Part shown: positions 12,293 through 37,629 of the stretch, in pieces
Numbering within the stretch: position 1 is the first letter of the stretch
Layout: the number at the start of each line of letters is the position of its first letter
Assembly (NCBI GenBank): GCA_963693365.1
Contig: CAVNZM010000013.1
Location: 7,708,398-7,772,397, forward strand
Length of the DNA: 64,000 nt
Reading direction: 5' to 3'
Origin: Amoebidium appalachense
Lineage: Eukaryota; Protista; Ichthyosporea
Position numbers and translations under genes: made by a program
Notes under the pieces: model-generated
What the model was told of the DNA's origin: nothing
What the model saw: only the letters and a program-made list of their open reading frames with translations
Databases searched by the model: none

Positions 12293-13703
12293 CCCCCCCC
12301 CCCCCCCCCCCCCCGCCCCTTTGCACAGAAAAAAATCGCACGCAACAATCTCTGCCAAGAGGAGGAGAGCGTTGTCACCATCAATAAGCGGGAGGACCCA
12401 GAGCTGAACAGTTGGATGAATGCTATGGCATAGCAAATGCAGATGGAGCGGACAAGGACCCGTGTGTGCGTGTGCGCGCGCACGCACGTGTGACTGTGTG
12501 TGCGCGCGCGCACGCACGTGTGTGTGTGTTTGTGTGCGGTTGCTTGTGCGTGCCGTGTCTTTTTCTCCCTTTCTCCTTTTCAAAGCCTTTTCTTTATTTG
12601 CCTGGGGGGGGGGGGGGGGGGGGGGGGAGGGGGGGGGGCTGGAAAGCGGTGGCCTTTTGTCTGTTTGTGTACCTTAGTTTACTAGTAGCAGCACATACTC
12701 TAGCATGTGATTGGGTTCAATCTACTATTTAAAATATTCTTAGGGCCAGCATACTTCAAATTACTTTACTCTACTTTACAACACGTGCACTCAATTAGTC
12801 AACTATGTACACGATGTCGAGACCTAAAACCTAGTAATTAGTATGCAACAGAATTATGAGGTGGACCACACACGACTGGACAAGACATTTCAACATTATC
12901 AGATAGCAAGTTCATAGCATACACATGAGTATGCTCGGTCACAGTACTAGCAAACAGTAAACCAGAATAAAGCATTTTAAAAAGAAATGAAAAACAGCTG
13001 CTGCAACCCCCCCCCCCACCCCCCCTAACCCTCCTCCCCGCCTCCCCTCCCCTCCACCCCCTCCCCCCCACTCCCCTTCCCCCGACCGCCCCAAGCGGAG
13101 GAGGTGATGTGTTGCACGCTTCCCAGTGTTGACACCTTATTCACTTTTCAGGAAATAGGCGGAAGAGTGTTTTTTTTTTTTTTTTTTTTTGGTTTTTTTG
13201 GTTTAAGGGGTGGAGAGGGGGGGGGGGGGGGGGGGGGGAGGGGCGAAGGAGGAGGGGAGGGAATTAAAAAGATTGTTAGCATAAGTGCAGACACAAGATG
13301 GTGCATGTGTGTGTACTTGTTGTGTAGAGCCGGCAAGTTTGTGTGCATGTATGCGCGCGTGTGCACGTGTTCATGTGTCACAGTTCGTGTCTACAAAACG
13401 CACATTCGCATGAGAGTGTGTGTGCGTGTGCACATAAATGGCGTCACGGTATGTCTGCAGGTTTTGAGGGTTCGTGTGTTTGACTTTGAGTGATGAGGCA
13501 TAAGTGTGTACTTCTTTTGCTATATTATATATCTGGGCCAATGCGGCCCTCCCCCCCCCCCCCCCCTCCCCCCGGGCGCCCCCTCCCCCCTCCCCCCTCC
13601 CTCCCTCTCCACCACACAAGACACACGACACACACGCGCGCGCGCACACACACACACTCACTCACACACACGCACACAACACACACACAGACCCACACAC
13701 CCG

Positions 13704-13765
<62 letters not shown>

Positions 13766-13917
13766 AAGCCCTCCCCCCCCCCCCCCCCCCCCGGGCGCCC
13801 CCTCCCCCCCTCCTCCCTCTCCACCACACAAGACACACGACACACACACGCGCGCGCGTGCGCGCGCACACACACACACGCTCACACACACGCACACAAC
13901 ACACACACACCCACACA

Positions 13918-13952
<35 letters not shown>

Positions 13953-14349
13953 CTATTCAACCGCCCTTGAGTCAAGCGTAGTCTGCAAATATTAAACACT
14001 GTTTCAGTTCGATTACATAATTAAGGGAAAAGGGATCGGGACGGGACGGGTCAACAGACCTAGGCCTGGGTTCAACGGGAGCGGAGGGGGCAGTGGGAGC
14101 CACCCAAGTGCTCAACATCTGAAACACCATCTTCTCGTTGCACCATAAAATCCATTAACCGCAACAGCCAAACAATCTACATGTGATCGCCCGCAGGTGG
14201 TTGACAGAGCACTCGACACACTGGTGACTGGGCTGAAGGGCTATTCTGATAAATTAACTGCGCTTAGAGAACCACAAAAAGTTCATGCAGTAAAAGATTT
14301 GAAAACTGTTTTTCTGACGCCCTTGGAAATGCGAACAGAATTCATGTAG
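8947..14349 (+). CDS. Spliced gene or pseudogene of unknown function, possibly DUF6589/Academ-transposase-like
   Basis: Non-repetitive 186-aa ORF with a donor gaag|gtgaga at ~9484. Further exon-like blocks at ~10587, ~11140, ~11620-11895 ([17 protein letters not shown]...VTWSYDNL), ~12330 and ~14197-14349. The G..SY...YDN pattern recalls DUF6589 proteins. The model is incomplete. Confidence 0.4.
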
Positions 14350-14429
14350 GGCGGGTGCTCAGATCCCCTCAAACCCCACACACCCCTGTGAAAGCAAATG
14401 TAAATTCAATAATAACTGAAGTGTGAATT

Positions 14430-14930
14430 AAAAGGCCTGATAGCAATCAGCTATCTCCTTTGGGTAGAGACAACTCTGAGGCTGAGGGGGATCATAAAAC
14501 TAGCGATACCAGCGTACGTAGTTCTAATATATAACGGCGGAGGTTGAGTCCCAAATGAGCCAGAACAGCAGTCTTGACTTAGAACATATGGCTGCCGCCC
14601 AAAAAAGTTTAAGAAAATATTTGTACCGCGCCCTATGAGCCATTTCTATTTGACCACTGCAAGGGGGAGTGGCTCAAATGCCAGTGCCTTGTGATAACGT
14701 TACCGTCAGGTGGTACCGTGGGGAAGTCGACTGAACCAACTACCAAGTATATACAAACTAACATTTATTACTCCAATAGCCGTATTTTTAGCTATATTGT
14801 AGACAACCTTGGTTACTTAATTTGTATCTATGGTCTTTTCTTCTTCGACATCATTGTGAAAGCAGTCATACACCATATATGGTGATTAGATAATCCAATC
14901 AATGCTTATACTAAGTACATAGTCGCATGA
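14430..14930 (-). mobile_element. Possible highly decayed LTR-retrotransposon integrase remnant
   Basis: Broken minus-strand peptides SISIDWI, SGQIEMAHR and FGRQP recall Ty3/Gypsy integrase motifs. Many stops. Confidence 0.25.
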
Positions 14931-15149
14931 CCTTTTCCAGAGTATAATTTTTATAACATTGTTACAAACTACTGCCGGTTTAAAACATAATCAGTCATGC
15001 GATCGCCGAGCAATAAATCCGAATCCCCCTAACCCAATGAAATCCATTTCCTGTAATTGATCCGATAAAGATAAGTGAAGCCCAATCAAACCGAGGCTGA
15101 TCGGCTGTGACGCAGTTCTGACGACAAAGTTCCGGGTGGTGTCCCTTTT

Positions 15150-15195
<46 letters not shown>

Positions 15196-15367
15196 AGACA
15201 CCGCCTCAGTAGGTGGTAGGTGGTAGCCACTGGCTGTGTGCTTTTGTGTACGTGTACGTGTTTGTGCACGTGCTGACGTGCCCGCGCATGGGTTTAGATG
15301 TTTACGTGTATGGTTTGCATACGACTCCTGATGTTAACTAATACCTATGTATCCCGCTTGTGAAGCC

Positions 15368-15619
15368 ATTATACCACTCGCGGACGAGCGGCGGTCAATG
15401 GAACAGTAACGCCCGGTTTTTCTCGTTCTCGGGGTCTTCTGCAGGGGTACCTCCTGAGTCCGTTGTTTGACGTTTTCATCGACGATTTAGCCTGCGCCCT
15501 CGAACCTTTTGGCCGAACGCTGCATACCCGCCGTGTACCGGGTCTCCTTTTTGCGGACGATATTGTTCTTTGTTCCTTAACCGAAGACGTCCTACCACCT
15601 ACTGAGGCGGTGTCTCCTT

Positions 15620-15654
<35 letters not shown>

Positions 15655-16190
15655 AAAAGGGACGCCTGAGTAGATGTTAAACGTCGCACGTGCGGCAACA
15701 CGCCAGTACGTGTTAGGAAGACGTCATACACCAGATGCTTCGTCAGGTGGATCAATGGTGCACCGAGAATCTCATGACGGCGGAAAAAAATGAATAAATA
15801 AAAATTGCAAAGTGTGCTACTTTCTCGAAAAACGCTTCCTTTCGATTGGCCGGTCTTCCTATTCCTGTTCAGAGCACCCATGACTATTTGGGTATGCTTA
15901 TGGGTATTCCTTTAATATTGATTTCCGCAAGCTCCTCACGGCACGGATCGCTCGTGCGAAGGGTAAGCTTCACACTCGTGTCATGATCAATTATGTTTCA
16001 ACGGGAGTCTGTGATCCATCCTGCGAACCTTCTTCTCTACTATAAAAACTTTTTTACGGCCGACTTTCGAATATGGACTTCCGCGGCCTGCGCCCCACCT
16101 CGCGAGGCGGCCGTGGCGCTGAAAGAGTTCGACGATTTTCAGGGTACTGCACTGCGCACTTTGTTGTACTCGGTTTGTGCCTCCCTTAAT
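15368..16190 (+). mobile_element. Non-LTR (LINE) reverse transcriptase remnant
   Basis: SRGLLQGYLLSPLFDVFIDDL...LLFADDIVL, then YLG at ~15885. Interrupted by poly-T and stops. Confidence 0.85.
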
Positions 16191-18297
16191 TAGTATGTTT
16201 GGATTGTCGTCTGCTGTTTGTCGTATGGAGGAATTGTCTCTTCGTTTTTGTTTTCATTTAGTTCGGATACCTGATGGTTACCCTCTTTATGCTTTCTTTC
16301 CCCCCCCTCCCTCCATCCCTCTTGGCCCGATTCACCAACGCCACTTCTGAATGTCCTCAGCCTACCCTCTTTCCGCCTGATCCTTCCTCTCGTATATCTC
16401 ACTCCCTCTTTCTTTTCTATTCATGTTTTTTCTGCCTTTTCGAGTTATTACCATACGCAGTATAAGTTTCTTTCTCGTTCTCATAGAAATCAAAGGTAAA
16501 ACTCAGTCGGCATGTGTTATGTTATTTAGGCAACACCGTACTGATCACCATCGCTTTTTGGGAGCTTTGGCAGGATACATTTCTCCTGCTGTACGTATGG
16601 ATACCACCCTCAGAGATAAGTCTGTATGGTGCTCTGATGTTGATATTGCCTGGGAAGTTGTGCAGTGGCGTTGTAATTCTTGTTTCCATCGCCGCTGGTG
16701 CCACTTTTGCGCTGAACTTTTTCATCGAAAGCATGTTGATAGGTGTGAGTTTTCATGTCGCGTTTTACCTCTTTCCATATAGTAGCTACGGGTGCCTGCT
16801 ACACTGGCTGGCAATGTGAACACTTTAAGACTTTTTTTTGAATTCTGTTGGTCGTCACATTGAGTATTTATATGATTTTCACAGTGTTCAGGTATCTCAG
16901 TATGCACTTGTTACTGGATAACTCGTGAAGTTTTTATTGTCTTCTCAGTGTGCCGTGCATACTTGCATATCTTTCCGTCGAATAAATCCAGTCAAAAGAA
17001 AAAAAAATATACAACCCTTACTGTCTCAGACTCTGTGGGGGGTTTACGCTGTTTACTCGAGGCACAGAGAGACCAGTCTCAGGTATGGGGGGTTTTTTGC
17101 TATCCCCTCGGCGGTATATCATGATCAAGTACATAGATGTCGGGTGATGATTATATATCAGGGTTTACTTTCTCTACGAGGCACAATAAAGACTAAGAAA
17201 ACCAATTTGTAGTTGGGTTCCCCGTTTTTATTTATTTATTGATTTATTTATTGTTTTTTGGGCTCCCCTAGGACACTCGGTATCAGCTGGTGTGTGTGTG
17301 TCACGGTGTGTGTGTGTGTGTGTACATGTGTGTGTGTGTGTGTGTGTGTACATGTGTGTGTGTTAGAATTTTGTAATGATGTGTTTCTCAACCCAATCAA
17401 TACATCTAATAAACAGGTCATAGTTATGCGTGTTTAGTATAAAATCAAGGATGTTGTAATTTTCAGGTGGGCTATCTTTCTGGGTGTCTGTTGTGAAAGT
17501 GTCGTGTGTGTGTTGCGGTATTATGTGGTCTATCAAACTACATTTGGCGATACATGATCGTTTAAACTGGTGCCAGTGTGTGTGTTGTTTGGGCATGTAA
17601 ACGATGCCACCTTATACTTATTAGATCTCCACTGTATAGCACGTGTACAGCAAAAGCGTGGTAATTGATCAATAATACCATCAGCTAGAGAAAGACCAGT
17701 TCTACAGGAAGGTAATATTTATTTAGGTGTTATACATTGCGAGTGCCATATTTGGCAATATGGTTAAGGCGGTCATTATATATAAAACGAGACGTAAGGC
17801 TTAGTTTTTCAAGGTGTTTGCTTTCATCGGGTGTAGTGTCGTGTGGTATCAAAGTTTCCATTTGTTAAATTGTGTAATTATTTTGTGATTATGTACATGT
17901 CTAAAAGTAAGTGGCAGTCCAAAGTCACATGCACACTTTTGCGGGGTTTATTTGTATTTGTGCCAGGGGTCGAAGGAGAGAGAGATGGAAGGAAAGAGGG
18001 GAGAGGTGGGGAGGGGACAGGTCGGATAGAGAAGAGAGGGTGGGAGGGCAGATAGTTCTTTAAGCGGCTTATGTGCTTATTGAATTCAGCGCGAGATGGG
18101 ATACTCTAGCAGCTATTGGGACCAGACCATATATCGAGAGCGTTACAGGCCCAGGTTTACAACAGTTGTTAGATAGAAAGGAGGCAACTTCTGCTTCAAG
18201 GAAATTTGCCAAGGGTTTAAGCGCTCTAGCTCTCTCTTTCTTGATCTAAGCGGCGAGAAGGTAAACCATATTCACATGCCGGGAAGACAAAAGTGCG

Positions 18298-18800
18298 TCA
18301 ATGTAAGTCTAATAGAAGGATGGAGGGTGCGCCTTCAAAAATATTAGCCGAGAAGAAAGCTAACCGCTTACGAGCCAGCTCTACCCTCCTTTCAACGAAA
18401 TGGGAAAACATAACACCAACAGAATGAACCGGAACACCGAGATACTTGTATTCTGGAACGATAGGTACAGGTTTAGATGATAATGTGAATGTGTGTAAAT
18501 TGTTAGCTATATCAGGTACAAGAACACCACATTTGTCTATGTTAAGGATCATAAGGTTTGCCTTGCACCACTCTGACACTATATCGAACAATCTTTGCAG
18601 GCGTCTAGGGGTACGGGCAAGGAGGGACAGATCATCAGCATAGAGAAGTGCAGGCGGAAGTTATTAATAGGGTCATCATTTTCGGCATAAATCTTGACAG
18701 CCAAATCATCTATAAATAGGTTAAACAAAAAGGGGCTGAGCAATGAACCCTGCAAGAGACCTCTAGTACGAGAAAAATGTATACAGCAGTCAGTTATACA
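18298..18800 (-). mobile_element. Non-LTR (LINE) reverse transcriptase remnant, frameshifted
   Basis: RGLLQGSLLSPFLFNLFIDDL / YADD / SEWCKANLMILNIDKC...EYKYLGVP. Confidence 0.9.
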
Positions 18801-19118
18801 GGTGCACATGCACCCTTGCATCAACACATTACCGATTTAGATTTACACTCTCTGTGCCTATGTGTATAAGAATATGTGTCCGTGTGTGTAGGGGTGTATA
18901 TATGTATGTGTGTATGCGCGTACATGCGTGCTGGTGGGTGCATGTGCGTATGCCTAGTGTGCATCAGACACGATCTGTGAGTGTGCTTAGTGCGATTACC
19001 GGTAGATGCTAGCCACTAGACCGACTTACCATCACTCACACACCCGCAGATGTCCACAAATCATCTGCCCTAGCACGCACAGTGTTTCCACACACACACG
19101 ATGCATGTCAACACATGC

Positions 19119-31643
<12,525 letters not shown>

Positions 31644-32133
31644 CTGTGGGGGGACAAGTGGCTGAGCGTGAGTATCATCGACATAGGAAAGGTGAGGGGA
31701 TAGTGCCATGTTTTTTTGCTCCAGTGGGGGAGTGGGGGAGGGGGAGGGGGGGAGGGGGGAGGGGGGAGGGGGGTTAGGAAGAGTGTTGGTGTGAAGTACA
31801 CATTCACCAGGGACAACAGCGTGCAGACTCTGGGGTGCACACAGGAGGGGGGGAATCGGGGCACAGAAAGAATGGATAACTTAACACGAATACACACATG
31901 CACAAAGTTTGAAACATACCCAACGTCCACCTCTGGGGAGGGCGAAAAAAGGTATGGAGGACGGGTAGGGGAGGGGAGAGTAGGAAGGAAGTGAAGGCCA
32001 GCAGTAAAGGGGAAGAAGGGTCGTCCGTACACAAGGTGCCATCTAATACATTGTGTAAAAGATCACAACACAGGCAAGCAAATACGAGCACCCCATTAAG
32101 CACACGACGACGTACCACATAATCGAAACCATG

Positions 32134-32211
<78 letters not shown>

Positions 32212-32348
32212 TGCGCACGCGTGTGTGTGTGTGTGTATGCGCGCCTGTGTAAGTGGGTACGTGTACACACCCTTGTGAAAGTGTGTGCCTATGTGTGTGC
32301 CAAGGTGTGTTTGTGTGTATGCATGTGCGCGTGTGCATGTGTGTGTGT

Positions 32349-32386
<38 letters not shown>

Positions 32387-33428
32387 GCGTGTGTGTTTGT
32401 GTTTGTGTGTGTGTGTTTGTGTGTGTGTGTGTGGGTGTGTGTGGGTGTGGTTGTGCGGACGCGTTTGTGCGGTTACGTGTGAGATGCCCTTGTGCCCTAA
32501 TCTGCCGCGAGGATCACACAAAACTTGGTCATGAGTTATGTTCTAACGGATTTTGCAGCTATGCGCTCGATTCCACACATAATAAATTGCGCGCAATCAA
32601 ACTAGTGTTCACGCGATGTTAACGTGTGTGTAATCACATATACATGGCAAAAGAACGGCAAACAAAGGAGGAAATGTTTTTGGAAGGAAAACGACTGGGA
32701 ATGCCATACCCTGTTGAGCCGTGCAGCCGGCGCAAAAGGAGCCCCGGAAGTCCAGCCATCTTACCTCTAGCTGCGCATAATATGGCCTGCAAGTGTGTGG
32801 ACTACTGACTGATGCTAGATATTGCTCCCCGTGACCACGAGAATATTCCGCCTTGCCTGGTGCCTGTCCGTCCAACTTTGCACTGTGTCTCCAAGTTGAA
32901 CAGAACCCTTGGCTGCAGTAATACCTTGCACACTACGGCTATGGCAGAATGTTAAAGCATGCCGCGTGCGCACACACGTACGCACAGCTTTAGAAACTCC
33001 GCGACTGTACAAAGACACAACCACTCGGCACCGCGGACACCGTACAACCACACACGTACACGAACTGAGGGACACACACACAGGTTGAACCTGGCTGCCG
33101 CGCTCACGCATGATACAGCGGTGCAGCATCCAATCAAACCAAAGAGCATAAACGTTTGTGACGTCATGTACCTATATTAGGCTTATCTTTGCTTGTTTGT
33201 TTAGCCTTATATGGAAGGTGACGTCTGGACAGCGCGCCACCCGCGGCCACGAGCTCGCCACTCGTTTTCTTTTCTGACGACACCCTTGTACTTACTCAGT
33301 GAGACCTGACAACATCTAGCATCGGTTTTTATTCTAGATTCTCAGTCAAACCACAAATATCACAAGTTCACAAGTTAAAACTAACACAGAAAACCAGACC
33401 GGTATCAACACCTGTTTCAAATTTTATA

Positions 33429-34346
33429 ATGGAAGCGCTGACCAATTATATACCCGTTGTCTCGCGCACCTACAAGGAGATACTTCTCTTTTGCACAGGC
33501 ACTCTCTGCTACACCTATCTGTTCTGGATGCCCATCGTGTTCACAACAACAGGTAGGTTACGTAAAGTTGCTTTTCATGTGGGTGCGTGGGGCCCCATAC
33601 TCACAGCCTCCACGCTAACCTACTTGGAGGGTGGAAAGGACGCAGCATGGGGGCTTTTGGGCAGAGCATATAACGTGGAAAACCTCACGTTGGAGTTGTG
33701 CGCTAAGGCGGTACTGGTGCCTGCTCTGGTCACTGCCGTCGCTGTCATCCTTGCGCTTTATGTTCCCTACGGAGTAGCTCCTTTGCTCGGGAACACGCAG
33801 GAAAGAGTGACTGCGCTCCTGATCTCCCCGGTACTTCTGGTTTTCTTCCTTGGTCTTCTGGTAACGGAAGAAGCCGGCTGGCGAGGTTATCTGCAACCGA
33901 GAGCAGAGGCCTATTTCGGTGTGCCTTTGGGCACTGCGCTCGTTTCGTTCATGTGGTCGGCATGGCACCTACCCTGGTTTTTCTGGAGCAACATGGAAAG
34001 TGCAATGTATGTAGAAGGACCGAGAATTACGAGGATTAGGTATGCGCTTGTTTATGTTTTGGGGCCTGGGCTTACCAGCATATCCTTTTTGATAGTTTGG
34101 TTTCAAAAACACACCAATGATGACAGTTATTTTCTGGCCATTCTGGCACATGCAAGCATGGTTGCGGCCACAGTAGCGTGTGGGGCCAAGAGCATGAACA
34201 ACCTGATTGTGTTCATTGGCTTAGTTTCCCTGCCGGTAGTATATGTGTTGTTGGGCATGGAATGTGCTGTGGTGGTGGGGGTGGAGCTTGTGCTTGCTGC
34301 TGTGATTCTTCCCAGTGAAGGAGCTAAGAAGCTGAAGTCGACATAG
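33429..34346 (+). CDS. CPBP family intramembrane metalloprotease (type II CAAX/Abi-like), intronless, 305 aa
   Basis: Multi-TM ORF with EEAGWRGY, WSAWHLP and a distal AH motif. Confidence 0.9.
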   Translation: MEALTNYIPVVSRTYKEILLFCTGTLCYTYLFWMPIVFTTTGRLRKVAFHVGAWGPILTASTLTYLEGGKDAAWGLLGRAYNVENLTLELCAKAVLVPALVTAVAVILALYVPYGVAPLLGNTQERVTALLISPVLLVFFLGLLVTEEAGWRGYLQPRAEAYFGVPLGTALVSFMWSAWHLPWFFWSNMESAMYVEGPRITRIRYALVYVLGPGLTSISFLIVWFQKHTNDDSYFLAILAHASMVAATVACGAKSMNNLIVFIGLVSLPVVYVLLGMECAVVVGVELVLAAVILPSEGAKKLKST

Positions 34347-34864
34347 TAGCCATTAACAGGCTAATATTGCCTGTGAGATTTGGTATTCGATAAACTGAGC
34401 GGGCAGTTACAGCTGTGCACATTCCCCCCCCTCCCCCCCCCCCCCCCCCCTCCCTCGTACGGAAAAAGAAATAAAAAACACGGGGTCCTTCTGCCTGTAC
34501 GTATGTCAACTACTATGATTGTTTTTGTTCGAAGTTCGCTGTTTGGAAAAGAAAAAGCCTCCATGGTTGCCCCCCCTCTCTCCCTTCCCTCCCCTTCTCC
34601 CCTCCCTCCCTCCCGCCCTCAAAAAAAAAAAAAAAAAGAAGAGAGAGAAGCACTATCTATAATGTGTTTCCGAGTACACCAGGGAAGTGGGTTAAAACCC
34701 GGTCACTGAGGTTGACTTGCCATGGGCCCACCCTGAGGGGTTGGGCTTTGCTTATGATGTATACTCTTCATACGTGCCTTAAGTTTTCCAGTGTGTCAGT
34801 TTTTTGTGTGTGGAGGAGGGAGGGAGGGGGGGGAATGAAAGTGCGTGTGATGGAGAGTATAGCG

Positions 34865-34924
<60 letters not shown>

Positions 34925-35267
34925 TTCACGTGTTAACTTGGGCCGATGAAAAAGGCTTCAGCTATGAATATGTATGTGACTTTGGAACGCAGCTAGACGT
35001 CTCGCCTGACGGGCTTTTCGTCTGTGGAACCTGTGCAAAATCATGAAACGAAACTTAAAGGCGAAACAGCAACCCTCTTCCGCCCCAGAATAGAAAAAAG
35101 CCCGTCCACTGGGCATGTGTGTGTGTGTGTGTGTGTGTGTGTGCCGTAGCTGTATGGCGTATGGACGTGGTATGACAGAGAGAAAGATCTGCACTGGGTA
35201 GGGTAGGTTTATGGGGCGCCGTTTTATGGTAGGTTTACACACTTTTTATTGCGTGGACACTGCCGGG

Positions 35268-35460
35268 TGGGTACGTTCGCACTAGGATCGTCGAAACGAC
35301 GAATTCCCATTTATGGAAAATTCGGTGAGCCATCTGAGTCGACGATCGTCGTTTCGACGTTTCGACGAACTGTGTTCGCACTGAAACGATGAAACGACGA
35401 AAAACCCATATATGGCTAATGATTTCGACGCTCGGTCATCGATCATTAGAGCAAACCAGT
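35268..35460 (+). mobile_element. Possible PIF/Harbinger-like transposon terminus with subterminal repeats
   Basis: gggtacgttcgcacta end-like motif, gttcgcact repeated at ~35375, and clustered gtcgaaacga/tcgtttcgac inverted repeats. No partner end seen. Confidence 0.4.
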
Positions 35461-36771
35461 TCTAGTAGCCTCTGGTCATCCGAAGTCGTTTGCAAAAAAT
35501 GACCCAAACCCAGCAAGGTTTGGCATAAGGGAAACAGAATCATCAATAGAGAACAGAGCAGAATATTCGGTAACCGTGCAGCACACTCTTATGCACGCGG
35601 AAGTGTGTTTAAAGTTTACTGTCGACGGTGACAATGAACAGAACTGGCTCTCTTTTTGTGTATTGTGTTCACCGCATGCACCCGCTTTGGAAAGCACATG
35701 GCTGCAGTGGAAATGCAAGCATCAGCGCTCCTGGTGATCGTGCTACGGTACATTAGTTACTCATGGATTGGTACCCGGGGCCGTGACTTGAAAATGCTCT
35801 TCTTGCATGGCTCTCTGCAATAACTTTACTGAGTCAGACCTCCAGTGACACATGGTGCACAAGTGTACGTTACCCGTGGCACAACGGATTTTTCACTAAA
35901 CGTCTGAGGTAAACATGCCACACATGCAGGAGAGGATAACTGCAGTGCCACGAAAACGACCGTCTATCATTGAATATTAAATATGGGCCATTCAGTTGCA
36001 GGATCCAGTCTCTAAATTATTATCGTTGCTAAAACAATCATTGTTAGTACACATCACAGAGCATGGTTTTTCATCTGTTCAACATCCCATCCACCCCTCA
36101 GCATAATATCATCAAGAAATTGTGGTAGGCGATTTGCTGGAATTTCATTGATGCCGTCTCAGCTTTTAATCGAAAAAAGGGCAGATAGCTGCATGCGCTT
36201 TGAGCAGCAGCACCTGCACAGCGAGACAAAATACGTGGATATAAGCTGCAGAACAAACAACTGCACAGACGTTTGAAGGTTAACCATGCTATGCACTATA
36301 GGTGGCAAGAACCAAGTCACCTTGGGCTTTCATCAGCTGGACCGGAGAAACACGGCTCACGGAAGAGGGCCACCAGATCACCATGGGGTCACTCTATCAT
36401 TCTTTTATTATCAAAACACTGCTTTTTCGGGAGACTCAACAAGGTTACGATATAGGCGAGGCGTCTGAGGGTGTCACGGGCTATTCATACGCGAACTGAG
36501 GTGCACATCAATACGGGCCGCTGGCCGTGCTATGTACTTACTACTGGCACCCAGCAAGAAGATTACAACAGTCAAGTTTTGGGGCTCAAAGCTATTAAAA
36601 GAATACATGCTGGAATAAATGTACAAATTAGAAGTGTTCGTCGGTCCTTCATTCCTAGCTACAAAGCAAATAACATTACAAATTTTTTATGAATGGTAAC
36701 AATTACTGTTTTAAGTTGTTGAAAACCTTCACAGAATAAAGGGACAAATAGCTTTGTGCAAACGTTGAAGC

Positions 36772-37629
36772 CTAACGACCCTGTATAGTTGGCCCCGTGT
36801 ACGAGTCAAACATATCAAAGACCTCTTGAAGCTCTGGGTGTTGCTGTGCTGCCTCAGCAAACATGCGTTCGTTCTGCTGCCGTGAATAGCCCTGGCCACT
36901 GCTCTCTTGCAGGGAGCTTCTGCCCTGTTGCAGGCTATCCATCTCGCTGAGCAACACGATCACAACCTCCCCCTCGCCCTGCACCTCCACATAATTCGCA
37001 AAGGTCACGCGCTTAGCCACAGAAAAACTGTCAACGTTGGATTTTTCACTTTCGAGCGAGTTGCACAACTTTTTTTGTGCAGCAAAGGAGGCATCCGCTC
37101 CATTGCCGACTGAAGAAAGTCGCCGGATCGTTTCATGTTTTCGTTCTACTGTGCCCGCCCGAGATCCCGCCAACACAGCCTTCATAGAGGCCCCCCGGCC
37201 CAGTGCCCTTGCGTCACAGTCAGAGTCTGCGTCATGGACGTCAAACAGAAACCCGTCCACCTGCTCAACTGCATTCACATCAGGTTCATTATTGGACACA
37301 CACACTACCCTTGCCCTTGACGACCTGCCCTTAACCAGGCTGAGGCGCCTAAGCATCCGCACCATGTTCTGTGTGGGTGTCGAATTCGTGCGCACAGACG
37401 TGGCTTTCATAAACGGCAGCCGTGCCAACCAATCTCTGTCTTTCGCCATGGTGGGACACATGAAGTCCAAGGCATAGGCGTGGATGTAGAGCGACATGAA
37501 GTAAGGCTGGTAGCAGTCGTTGGTCGTTGCTGTGTTGCTCGCACAGCATTTATGGACTGTAGAGACAAGGCGGCTGTTTGTACGCACAGGTGGCATGGGG
37601 TCGTTTTTATGTTGCAAACGGGGTGTCAC
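36772..37629 (-). CDS. Hypothetical protein (true start may be an internal ATG)
   Basis: 285-codon non-repetitive ORF with no recognised family. Confidence 0.5.
   Translation of the reverse strand: MTPRLQHKNDPMPPVRTNSRLVSTVHKCCASNTATTNDCYQPYFMSLYIHAYALDFMCPTMAKDRDWLARLPFMKATSVRTNSTPTQNMVRMLRRLSLVKGRSSRARVVCVSNNEPDVNAVEQVDGFLFDVHDADSDCDARALGRGASMKAVLAGSRAGTVERKHETIRRLSSVGNGADASFAAQKKLCNSLESEKSNVDSFSVAKRVTFANYVEVQGEGEVVIVLLSEMDSLQQGRSSLQESSGQGYSRQQNERMFAEAAQQHPELQEVFDMFDSYTGPTIQGR

Noticed and set aside
13530-13950. ~240-bp direct duplication as a functional element
   Set aside because: Made almost entirely of microsatellite and poly-C. Likely slippage or assembly duplication.
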